A stretch of DNA of 64,000 nt from a virus. Taxonomy: Duplodnaviria; Caudoviricetes. A model generated the notes under the pieces. It worked only from the letters and a program-made list of their open reading frames with translations, was not told the origin of the DNA and made no database searches. Below are positions 30,295 to 38,575 of this stretch, one piece after another; positions within the stretch are counted from its first letter, which is position 1; every line of letters starts with the position of its first letter. The translations under genes and the position numbers were made by a program. The stretch is taken from IMG/VR virus record IMGVR_UViG_3300027996_003878; one strand, written 5' to 3'.

Positions 30295-30852
30295 CTAACC
30301 AGTAGAGTCGCTCTTAGATATAATTGTAATTAAATTACGGCCATCCTGAGTAGGCGCACTCAGGATCACAAATTCTTCTATCAAATTTAAGAAATCTTCT
30401 AATCTCTTAAATCCTAATTTTTTTAAAGCTAACTCTCGTCCTTTGAACGTCACAGTGACCTTTACCCTGCACCCATCATCTAAAAATAACTTAGCCCTCT
30501 TCGCCTTGATTTTTAAATCATTACCATCAGTGCAAGGTCGAAATTTTACTTCCTTTAATTTTATTACACTTTCACGTTGCTTCTTTGAAAGAATTTTTTT
30601 CTTTTTAGAAAGATTATATTTATATTTGCCATAGTCCAAAATTTTACAAGCAGGAACATTCCACTCATTTGAAAATGAAATTTGTACCAAATCTAAATTT
30701 TCTTTATACGCTAAAGCTAAAGCATCTTTTGTCTCAACAACGCCAATATTATTATTGTTGCTATCAATACATAAAACTTTTTTAGAACGGATTTCCTCAT
30801 TAACACGCTCTCTAAAAGACTTACTCTTAGCCTTGTTTTTGTAACCTTTCAA
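30295..30852 (-). CDS. infC: Translation initiation factor IF-3 (TTG start)
   Basis: VNEEIR, LDLVQI, CKILDYGKYKY, KEVKFRP, KVTVTFKGRE; no Met codon in the ORF. Confidence 0.95.
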   Translation of the reverse strand: MKGYKNKAKSKSFRERVNEEIRSKKVLCIDSNNNNIGVVETKDALALAYKENLDLVQISFSNEWNVPACKILDYGKYKYNLSKKKKILSKKQRESVIKLKEVKFRPCTDGNDLKIKAKRAKLFLDDGCRVKVTVTFKGRELALKKLGFKRLEDFLNLIEEFVILSAPTQDGRNLITIISKSDSTG

Positions 30853-30853
30853 A

Positions 30854-31867
30854 TTAACAATTCTCCCTTAATTCAGAATAATTAAATTCTTTTTTATCAA
30901 ATTCCTTTATGTAACTTTCTAACTCTTTAAATGAAAGCTTCATTAAACCTTTTTCTTCTTTCGTTAACGCTTGTCTACTTTTTAATTTCATAATATTAAT
31001 TCCACCTTGCTTTGAGTAATATATTTTAAATAAATTATCGTTACTAAAATTTATATTTCCGCTTTTAACGTATAGATTATTACATTTATCTTTTTTAGCA
31101 GTAAACTTACTACACTCACTAAGCAATACTTCGCAAGTACTACTGCCGAAAGGAACGCTAAAGCTCAACAATGTAGGTCGCGCATAGTGCTGTTTAAAAT
31201 TATAACCAATGACAGGAAACCAATAAGTTGTTTTTACAATTGGTAGATTTTTACTACAAAATTTACAATTATCTCCCTCACAATAAAGCAGGCTCATCGA
31301 TGAGTCATGAATATCTTGATGATACTTTTCACACCAATATTCTCCAATCAATTTAAACCCAAGCTCTGTAGGAAATATACTATGGTTAGCGCTGGCGCAA
31401 TGAATGTGTAAAATACTTCTAGAAGATCTAAGAATGTAAGGGCCTAACTCCTCTATCGAGGACGAGCTATATATATGAGAACCCGCAGGTGGTATGAACG
31501 GCTCTGCTTCAAGCGCAACTTCATCTCCATAACGAAAAGCGCGAAACCCAACTTTACACGCTAGTAGTATTCTTAAAGGAGCCTTGCTAAGCCTTAGCCT
31601 CCATTTAGTCTTACCATCTATGCCAGAGCCATAAGTTGCCGTAGCAATGACTCTATCTTCATGTTGTTTTATTGGATTTCGCGCTATAATTATAGAGCTT
31701 CTATCATTTATAATACTAAATTCTTCTCCCAAAACAGGAGATAAAAGATTAATACATGTCCGATCTAGCTCTAGACGACCATCTGATTGCAAAGCTACAA
31801 CAGAAATATATCTTCTATGAAGATCTTTCTTAATAGCTGATATTACTACATCTTTATTCGGCAACAT
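30854..31867 (-). CDS. Hypothetical protein; possible AbrB-like N-terminus fused to a gp32-like Zn/OB module
   Basis: LQSDGRLEL; CEGDNCKFC...YWFPVIGY. Confidence 0.55.
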   Translation of the reverse strand: MLPNKDVVISAIKKDLHRRYISVVALQSDGRLELDRTCINLLSPVLGEEFSIINDRSSIIIARNPIKQHEDRVIATATYGSGIDGKTKWRLRLSKAPLRILLACKVGFRAFRYGDEVALEAEPFIPPAGSHIYSSSSIEELGPYILRSSRSILHIHCASANHSIFPTELGFKLIGEYWCEKYHQDIHDSSMSLLYCEGDNCKFCSKNLPIVKTTYWFPVIGYNFKQHYARPTLLSFSVPFGSSTCEVLLSECSKFTAKKDKCNNLYVKSGNINFSNDNLFKIYYSKQGGINIMKLKSRQALTKEEKGLMKLSFKELESYIKEFDKKEFNYSELRENC

Positions 31868-31900
31868 CAAATTTCTTACACATAACTTACAAATTATTGT

Positions 31901-32089
31901 TTAATCAAATATATTTATAACAACAACCTGATGCTCATCTTCTTCCAGTTGTCTTTTTTTCTTAATATTCTCTAATCTTTCTAATTCTTCTTTTGTTTCA
32001 GGTATATATCTCTCGATATACAAATACTCATATTGAAAATTATCTGATTTTTTCTGAGTCATGGTGTCCTTTTGTTTGAGGTTAAACAC
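31901..32089 (-). CDS. Small hypothetical protein
   Basis: 62-aa ORF; start uncertain. Confidence 0.55.
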   Translation of the reverse strand: MFNLKQKDTMTQKKSDNFQYEYLYIERYIPETKEELERLENIKKKRQLEEDEHQVVVINIFD

Positions 32090-32173
32090 TGCTCTTTCAA
32101 AATCTTAAATTGAAATAATCTTAAAATGCACATGATCGCACATCATAAAAATGCGAAAATATGCGCTCAAGCA

Positions 32174-33211
32174 TCAAAGGCCTACTTTAACTCCCGCCAA
32201 AACGCTAAATGATCCAGATGTATTGACTGAAACAGATGGCCCAACATAAACATTATCCATGAATGGAATATGCTTAGCTACATTGTAATTAACGGGACTT
32301 AATATCACTCCAAGCTTCTTATCTTGAGATTCAAAACCTAACCCAACGCCAAGAAAAGTCCATTTTGGATTAATCTTTGTTCTTCCATATGAAAAAATTG
32401 ACACTTGCAAGTTGGGCGTAACCTCGGCCTTTGGCGCTGGATTAACGTGAGCACCAGCGTCAACACCTAAGTAAACTCGGGGTGAAAGTCTAAATTCAGG
32501 ATCAGGGAAAGTTTCTAAAAATTTAGAATTAGTAATCTTTATAGGATGATCGTTACCATTTGCTTTTATAGAAAATTTATTATATACAATATGTTTTCCC
32601 TCAACATCATGACCTAAAACTGTAGTAAGAGAGTAAGATCTAGGATAAACCTCCAGATCCCAAGGCTTCTTTTTCCAAGATCGAAACTTAACACGACCAA
32701 AAGGCACAGACAAATCACCACCAAAAGGCTCACTCACCCTCAGAACCTGCACTGTAGATAAATAGCCAAATGGATCTGGGCAATCAAGCTTTGAGCCATC
32801 ATTGCATTTTACTTTATACGGCTTTGAGCTAGAGTCTTCAGACGAAGGATCTTCAGATGTACCAGAAACACCTCTACTTATAACGCCCGGAGTAACAACG
32901 CTCACATTATTAACACCAACCATTTTTGCATTTAAATCACTTAAATCTTTTATAATTTCTTTTAAATCAAGACCAACGTCTTTTGAGAATTTATTCAAAT
33001 CTTTTTTTGTAACAAGAGACGAGCTACTTCTTGTTACTTCATCACGCAAACGCTTCATTTCCAACAAAGATTGATTCAAATTATTTTCATATAAATATAA
33101 ATCATAATTTGTTTTAACCAAAAGCAATGCCAAGAAAAATATTACAAATATTGATATTACAAATTTAACTTTATCTGAAATAACGAATGTACTGCTTGAA
33201 TTATTACTCAT
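32174..33211 (-). CDS. Membrane-anchored protein with coiled coil and C-terminal amphipathic beta strands (spanin-like candidate)
   Basis: N-terminal TM (FVISIFVIFFLALLLV); ends SVLAGVKVGL. Confidence 0.6.
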   Translation of the reverse strand: MSNNSSSTFVISDKVKFVISIFVIFFLALLLVKTNYDLYLYENNLNQSLLEMKRLRDEVTRSSSSLVTKKDLNKFSKDVGLDLKEIIKDLSDLNAKMVGVNNVSVVTPGVISRGVSGTSEDPSSEDSSSKPYKVKCNDGSKLDCPDPFGYLSTVQVLRVSEPFGGDLSVPFGRVKFRSWKKKPWDLEVYPRSYSLTTVLGHDVEGKHIVYNKFSIKANGNDHPIKITNSKFLETFPDPEFRLSPRVYLGVDAGAHVNPAPKAEVTPNLQVSIFSYGRTKINPKWTFLGVGLGFESQDKKLGVILSPVNYNVAKHIPFMDNVYVGPSVSVNTSGSFSVLAGVKVGL

Positions 33212-33242
33212 ATTAATATTATATAACTATTTAGACGATTTT

Positions 33243-33788
33243 TTAAAAAGAACCAGTAGAACCAAATCCGCCCACACCACGACTTCCATTTCGAATACTT
33301 GAAAGACTATCAAAATCCGACCTGTTTATAATCTCACATCCCATTGTTTCTCTTTTTACAGGAATAAGTTGCGCAATTCGTTCGCCAAACAATATAGACT
33401 TAGTAGAATCATCATCACTCACATCAGGAATGTACTGACCTACGAAAAAGAACTGATTTTCATAGCTTTCGTCTATAACACCATAGAGTGCATGAATCTT
33501 TCTTTTAATCATAGTACTAGAGCGAGGGGTCAACTTTAACCACCAACCATCTGGACTAAAAGCCCTGAAACCTAAAGGTATTTTAACGTAAGAATAGGGC
33601 TTAAACTCTACCCCATTAGGTTCTGCACATCTAACATCATAACCAGTGGCTTGCGACTCGGATCTACAAGGCAAGAAACTGCTAGGACGTAAGGGCTCTA
33701 TATTAGGATGCCTTTCATTAAAGGCAATACAGCTAGACTCAAGGTTATCATTTAAAAGAAATTTAAAAACAGGAATATTATTTGACAT
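33243..33788 (-). CDS. dut: dUTPase (trimeric)
   Basis: GYDV, PRSS, GVIDESY, RIAQL, RGVGGFGSTG. Confidence 0.93.
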   Translation of the reverse strand: MSNNIPVFKFLLNDNLESSCIAFNERHPNIEPLRPSSFLPCRSESQATGYDVRCAEPNGVEFKPYSYVKIPLGFRAFSPDGWWLKLTPRSSTMIKRKIHALYGVIDESYENQFFFVGQYIPDVSDDDSTKSILFGERIAQLIPVKRETMGCEIINRSDFDSLSSIRNGSRGVGGFGSTGSF

Positions 33789-33825
33789 TTAACTCTCCAG
33801 GCTTTAACTACAAAGGGCCTGAATG

Positions 33826-34143
33826 TCATCGACCTAATTCAAATTTTTTTTTAGCAATTTTTTTCAACATTGCTAGTATTTTTTTAAATTCATTAAATTG
33901 ATATTTTGAATTTTTTCCATGACCATAAATATCATGAAATGTCATATGGCAATTTTTACAAAGAGTTACACCATTGTTGGTATTGAATCTTTTATCAATA
34001 TAAATATCCCAAGAATCTTTATGGTGGGCATGTATCTCTCCACCTGTTTTATTACATAACTGACACGTATAACTATCTCTTTCCTTAACCAGCTTCGACC
34101 ATTCTATATACTTTGGGTCATTAAATCTATTATAGTTAGACAT
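33826..34143 (-). CDS. HNH endonuclease
   Basis: CQLC..HAHH..NGVTLCKNCH. Confidence 0.85.
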   Translation of the reverse strand: MSNYNRFNDPKYIEWSKLVKERDSYTCQLCNKTGGEIHAHHKDSWDIYIDKRFNTNNGVTLCKNCHMTFHDIYGHGKNSKYQFNEFKKILAMLKKIAKKKFELGR

Positions 34144-34647
34144 TTAGTAATTAATATAATGACGCCAGTCATTATGTTTATTTTTAATTAAAATATGATC
34201 ATAAAACAATCTCGTCTTAGGTTTTTTTGGCTTTTTTATCAATTTAAACCCGACCTCTTGAAGCGTTTTATTTCCCTTTTTATTATTACAACCGGCACAA
34301 CATGCAACGCAATTATCCCAAGTAGTGCCGCCTCCTTTACATTTTGGTATAATATGATCTATCGTTAATCTTGTTTTATGAACCTTTCGATTGCAATACT
34401 GACACCTATAAGAATCGCGCATAAATAAAATATTTTTATTAAACCTTGACTCCTGCCTTCGATGATTCACACGGGATTTTAACCGCAGAACTGCCGGCAA
34501 ATTCATCGATCCAGAAGGCCAAAAAACCTGCTCATCCCAATTAGCAAGTATTTCAACCTTGTCTTTTAAAATAAATTTAAATATTTTTCTCTCAGAAATA
34601 AAAGATATACACTCATAAGTAGAATTCAAAAGCAAAGCAAAGAACAT
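34144..34647 (-). CDS. HNH endonuclease (McrA-like)
   Basis: CQYC..TIDHIIPKCKGG..WDNCVACC..CNNKKG. Confidence 0.9.
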   Translation of the reverse strand: MFFALLLNSTYECISFISERKIFKFILKDKVEILANWDEQVFWPSGSMNLPAVLRLKSRVNHRRQESRFNKNILFMRDSYRCQYCNRKVHKTRLTIDHIIPKCKGGGTTWDNCVACCAGCNNKKGNKTLQEVGFKLIKKPKKPKTRLFYDHILIKNKHNDWRHYINY

Positions 34648-34747
34648 ATATTTATAATAAAATAATCAAATAATATAGTAATATAATTTGTCAAAACAAC
34701 TATATAATACTAATCAATAAGCATTATTTTAGTTTTAGGCGGTGAAT

Positions 34748-35189
34748 ATGAAAATTAACAATATTACAAAGCTAGCAGATCAATTCTTACGAATTGCAAA
34801 ATCTGCATCGACTGAAGGCAAATACAAACACATCAACTTCGTGCCCCCTAAGTCTGTCGCAAAAGAGGCGGAGGAGGGTCTTAAATTACGCCAAATGGCC
34901 GGCGGAAAAGGCGGCCTGTCAGTAAGTCAGGCAAAAAAAGAAGGCGTTGGAAGCGGACCAGCGAGCTGTAAATTTAAAAAATAGAGACAAATTAAGCCCT
35001 AAGACTGTAAGAAGAATGAAGGCATTCTTTGACAGGCATCAAAAAAATAAAAAAATTGATAAAGGAAAAAAGCCACATGAAGATAGAGGATACGTAGCTC
35101 ACAAGTTATGGGGCGGTGATTCCGGGTACAGATGGGCAAAAAAAATAGTAAGACAAATGAACGCAGCTGACAATAAAGATAATAAATAA
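34748..35189 (+). pseudogene. Phage basic protein (PP..RA..L..RM..FF.RH..LWGG type) split by a frameshift near 34958
   Basis: ORFs 34742-34984 and 34947-35189 give consecutive halves of one motif string; 442 nt is not a multiple of 3. Confidence 0.75.
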
Positions 35190-35191
35190 TT

Positions 35192-36001
35192 ATGAATAAC
35201 GAAAACATAAATAAACTTGCTGACCTATTTTTTTTAAAAACAACAGCGAAGAAGAAAAAAAAGAAGAAGAACATACCAAAAAACAAAAAACTTTGGGAAA
35301 AGGCCAAGTCATTAGCTAAATCCAAATTTGATGTATACCCTAGCATCTACGCGAATGCTTGGGCTGCCAAATGGTACAAAAGTAAGGGCGGCGAATGGAA
35401 AAAAGGGTATGCGGCTGATGACGGCCTTGCGGCAGACGATTACCATACTAACGATCAACCACGAGGCCTCTACCAAGATAATAATGAAGTTTTTGAAAAC
35501 GATAAAGGCAAGCTAGAATCTCACGGAAAAGTATATTCTGACAGCGGGCTTGGCAGATGGTTTGCAGAAGAGTGGGTTAATATTGGAAAGAAAGAAAAAG
35601 GTAAGCACCCACCATGCGGCAGAGATGACGCAGATGAAGGAGGGTATCCAAAGTGCGTTCCAAAATCAAAAGCAAAAAAAATGTCTAAAAAACAAAAAGA
35701 ATCAGCTACGAGAAGAAAAAGAAAAGTAGAGCGATCTAAAAAGAGAAAAGATAAAAAGCCACATTTTGTAAGCACAAAAAAAGCTGGACAAGAAACAATA
35801 GTAAAAGAGCATAAAAATGCTGAAAAATCTTACATGTCAAAAAGAAACTTAGAGAGCATTCACAGATACAGTCGCAAACTTATGGAAATGCTTAACGAAA
35901 AAGATGATATGCCTGATTAGTGCGATGACAAACTCTCCGTCGCAAAAAGTCTACTTAGCGACGTTTATAATTATATAGCTAACGAAAAAAACATACGCTA
36001 A
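35192..36001 (+). pseudogene. DUF5872-like basic protein with an in-frame TAG at 35918-35920
   Basis: LWEKAK..YPSIYANAW, GLGRWFAEEW, YPKCVP; frame continues past the TAG (MPD*CDDKLSVAKSLLSDVYNYI) to TAA at 35999-36001. Confidence 0.7.
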
Positions 36002-36056
36002 ATATTAAATCAAAACAACTTTGGGCCTCTAATTGAATGATGAAGATAACTCAATT

Positions 36057-36200
36057 ATGTCATTAGCCTTCATGCTGCTTTGCTTGGGCTCAATAATCAT
36101 TGTAGCCGCTAGTATTATTGATGAAAAATGGTACCTAGTCGGACTATCGCCCGTGATATCTTCTTTTATCATAATGCTTCATATTTTATACAGAAAATAA
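36057..36200 (+). CDS. 47-aa membrane protein with two TM segments (not in the ORF track)
   Basis: MSLAFMLLCLGSIIIVAASIIDEKWYLVGLSPVISSFIIMLHILYRK; fills the intergenic gap. Confidence 0.55.
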   Translation: MSLAFMLLCLGSIIIVAASIIDEKWYLVGLSPVISSFIIMLHILYRK

Positions 36201-36201
36201 A

Positions 36202-36597
36202 CTAAAGATAACCCTCGCAGCACTTAACTTTCGCTAATAGCAAATCTATATTAAGAATGTAAATCTGCTCATTCAATCTAGCCAGCTCCTTAAAATTACC
36301 TTCTCTTTTTTTTTCTAAAACATGTCGCTCTTTAAGAATATTTAAATTGTAATCAATTTTTTTACCTTGCGAAAAGTCGCAAAGCTCGCGAAGTGATTCA
36401 ATTGGAAGTTTATCTGCCCAATCGAAATCACACCCTACAAAAGCCTTGCTGTTAAAATCGTCAACAATGACTTTGTCATATTTTTTCGCCTGTCTTTGCT
36501 TTTTCTTTAAAGCCTTTAGCTGAGATTTAATTGAGCATATGTCTCTATTTCTAAAGAAATAGCTCCTTACTTTTGATTTTTTATTTAGATCATTCAT
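36202..36597 (-). CDS. Hypothetical basic protein
   Basis: 131-aa ORF. Confidence 0.6.
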   Translation of the reverse strand: MNDLNKKSKVRSYFFRNRDICSIKSQLKALKKKQRQAKKYDKVIVDDFNSKAFVGCDFDWADKLPIESLRELCDFSQGKKIDYNLNILKERHVLEKKREGNFKELARLNEQIYILNIDLLLAKVKCCEGYL

Positions 36598-36992
36598 TTA
36601 CTTACAACTTCAAAGCCTAATTTGACCATAAACTCGGCCAACTGCCCCCTGTAATGTGTGTTATAAGATCTTTCCCATGAAACTAACGTGTCTCCATCAT
36701 TAAAAGGCAAAAGATCTACTATATTATCATTAGAGCTTTTTGACAATGAAGCCAATTCACTGTAACATAAGTCCAACTGCTCTTGATATTTAGAAACAAA
36801 ATATGACCCTGCCTGTTCAGGATCCTTCTTTACCATCTCATAATAACTATCTAAAAGATCACAAGAAGGGGTAAATGGCTCAAATAAATAATCAATATTT
36901 AAATTTTTAGACTTATCTCCATAATATACACCAATAACTCTACCCGGTCCAAAGTTATCTGGCTCTAATATTGACGCTAAGAACACTTTCAT
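36594..36992 (-). CDS. DUF488-like protein (divergent)
   Basis: FTPSCDLL..Y..KYQEQL..TLVSWE..HYRGQLA resembles APS.ell..Y..ql..LlC.E..CHR. Confidence 0.5.
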   Translation of the reverse strand: MKVFLASILEPDNFGPGRVIGVYYGDKSKNLNIDYLFEPFTPSCDLLDSYYEMVKKDPEQAGSYFVSKYQEQLDLCYSELASLSKSSNDNIVDLLPFNDGDTLVSWERSYNTHYRGQLAEFMVKLGFEVVSK

Positions 36993-37531
36993 TTTACTAT
37001 AATTTGATCTAAAACAAGAGGATGAGCGTCGGAAGAAACGTTTATAAAAAACTCTTTACTGAGAGCGGGTCGTTTTGTCGATCCTGGTTTATTTAAAACA
37101 ACCTTATACTTACCCTCACCAAGACCAACACTCCATTTGCCAGAAGAACTTGTCCTCGTCTTTTGAATTAAATTATTATCAGAATCAAAGATATGAATAT
37201 TAACCAGTATTACATTCTTATCGTCGCTATAAGTTATTTTCTGTTGAACTAAATATTTTTGAGCGCTATTTTTTTGATCATTCTCTGAATCACTATTATC
37301 AGAGACTATACCCCCCACGGGAGAGACCGACGGCTGAACGCTTGGTGTCGAAGCAGTTCGCTTTTGCACTTTTGAGCCAACTTCGACCGGAACTTTGCCG
37401 CCCTCCAGCTTAGATATTCTTTGAATAATTAATTTATTATTAAAATCAATATTTCTTATATACCCCAATATATTATCTAACTTACTTTCAATTTCAATAA
37501 GCACATCTGAGGCCATTCTTTTTTTATTCAT
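36989..37531 (-). CDS. Hypothetical protein with C-terminal carboxypeptidase-regulatory-like beta-sandwich
   Basis: IHIFDSDNNLIQKTRTSSSGKW..GKYKV. Confidence 0.65.
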   Translation of the reverse strand: MNKKRMASDVLIEIESKLDNILGYIRNIDFNNKLIIQRISKLEGGKVPVEVGSKVQKRTASTPSVQPSVSPVGGIVSDNSDSENDQKNSAQKYLVQQKITYSDDKNVILVNIHIFDSDNNLIQKTRTSSSGKWSVGLGEGKYKVVLNKPGSTKRPALSKEFFINVSSDAHPLVLDQIIVK

Positions 37532-38226
37532 AATGAAACACAAACACCAACCTTTAGCGGTAACCTCTTCATAACGACAAAATCACCCTGCTTCAGGCCC
37601 CCTTGATCTTTGAAGATAATACTTTCAATATAATTCTCTATGTCATCTATATTGTCAGATCCAAAAACTATTTGACCACGAATGGCGACAAAAAAATTAA
37701 AAGCAAAATAATTATGAGAAGACTCTTTCTCCGAAGAGCTAACCCATTTTCTAGAACCTACCTGTTCATCTTCCTTTGACTGAACATGATCAGGCTGTGT
37801 GTCAAATGAAACGGTCTCCTTATCGCTTGGTAAAGAGACTTCATCATAAAATATTTGATCTTCATTTACATCTATCTCAGCCTGCTCTCTTTGAGGCACC
37901 CAGGCGTGCTCCATACTGTTTCCACTTGCAACAAAATTACTTTTAGGAATATTTTTTTCCTCAAATGGGACGCTTGGAGGAGTCTTGCTTATAACATTCG
38001 GAATATTTTGTTTTAACATTTCTTTTGAATTAACAGATCTGCCTTGGCGATTGTTATTTCTATTTCTATTCGAATAAAAATGATCTGCTTCAGAAACCTG
38101 ACGAGGTCTAAGCGGCTCTACACCCAGTCGAACATATTCTGGCTGATATGGCTCTTCTTTAAGACCCATGTCTCTATGCTCTTGTCGAAGCGACCGAGTT
38201 TTATTTTTTATATAGTTATTTCCCAT
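37528..38226 (-). CDS. Hypothetical protein
   Basis: 232 aa; disordered middle region. Confidence 0.65.
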   Translation of the reverse strand: MGNNYIKNKTRSLRQEHRDMGLKEEPYQPEYVRLGVEPLRPRQVSEADHFYSNRNRNNNRQGRSVNSKEMLKQNIPNVISKTPPSVPFEEKNIPKSNFVASGNSMEHAWVPQREQAEIDVNEDQIFYDEVSLPSDKETVSFDTQPDHVQSKEDEQVGSRKWVSSSEKESSHNYFAFNFFVAIRGQIVFGSDNIDDIENYIESIIFKDQGGLKQGDFVVMKRLPLKVGVCVSL

Positions 38227-38231
38227 TATGA

Positions 38232-38567
38232 TTACGAATTACTAAAATTCGCCTGCCTTTTAAGCCTATCTTCCATCTTTTTTCTCAGCTTTTCCTCTTT
38301 CTTACGCTGCTTTTTACCCCACTCACCCGATTTAACCTGAGCAGCTCGAAGATCCATAATTCTTTTACGCTCTTGCTGTTCTCTAAATTTTCTTCTCTTT
38401 TTAGCAGAAGGCTTTTCGTAACTCTGCCTGTCTCTAACTTGATTTATAATTTTTTCTTTTTGAACTATAGTTCTGAATTGCCTCATGGCATCCTCAGAAC
38501 GATCTTTATAAATCTTTACCTCAACACATTTGAACGTATCAAGATAGCTATCATCAAATTTATCCAT
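38232..38567 (-). CDS. rpsU: Ribosomal protein bS21 with terminal extensions
   Basis: VEVK..EDAMRQFR..VRDRQSYEKPSAKKRRK. Confidence 0.88.
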   Translation of the reverse strand: MDKFDDSYLDTFKCVEVKIYKDRSEDAMRQFRTIVQKEKIINQVRDRQSYEKPSAKKRRKFREQQERKRIMDLRAAQVKSGEWGKKQRKKEEKLRKKMEDRLKRQANFSNS

Positions 38568-38575
38568 AATATATC

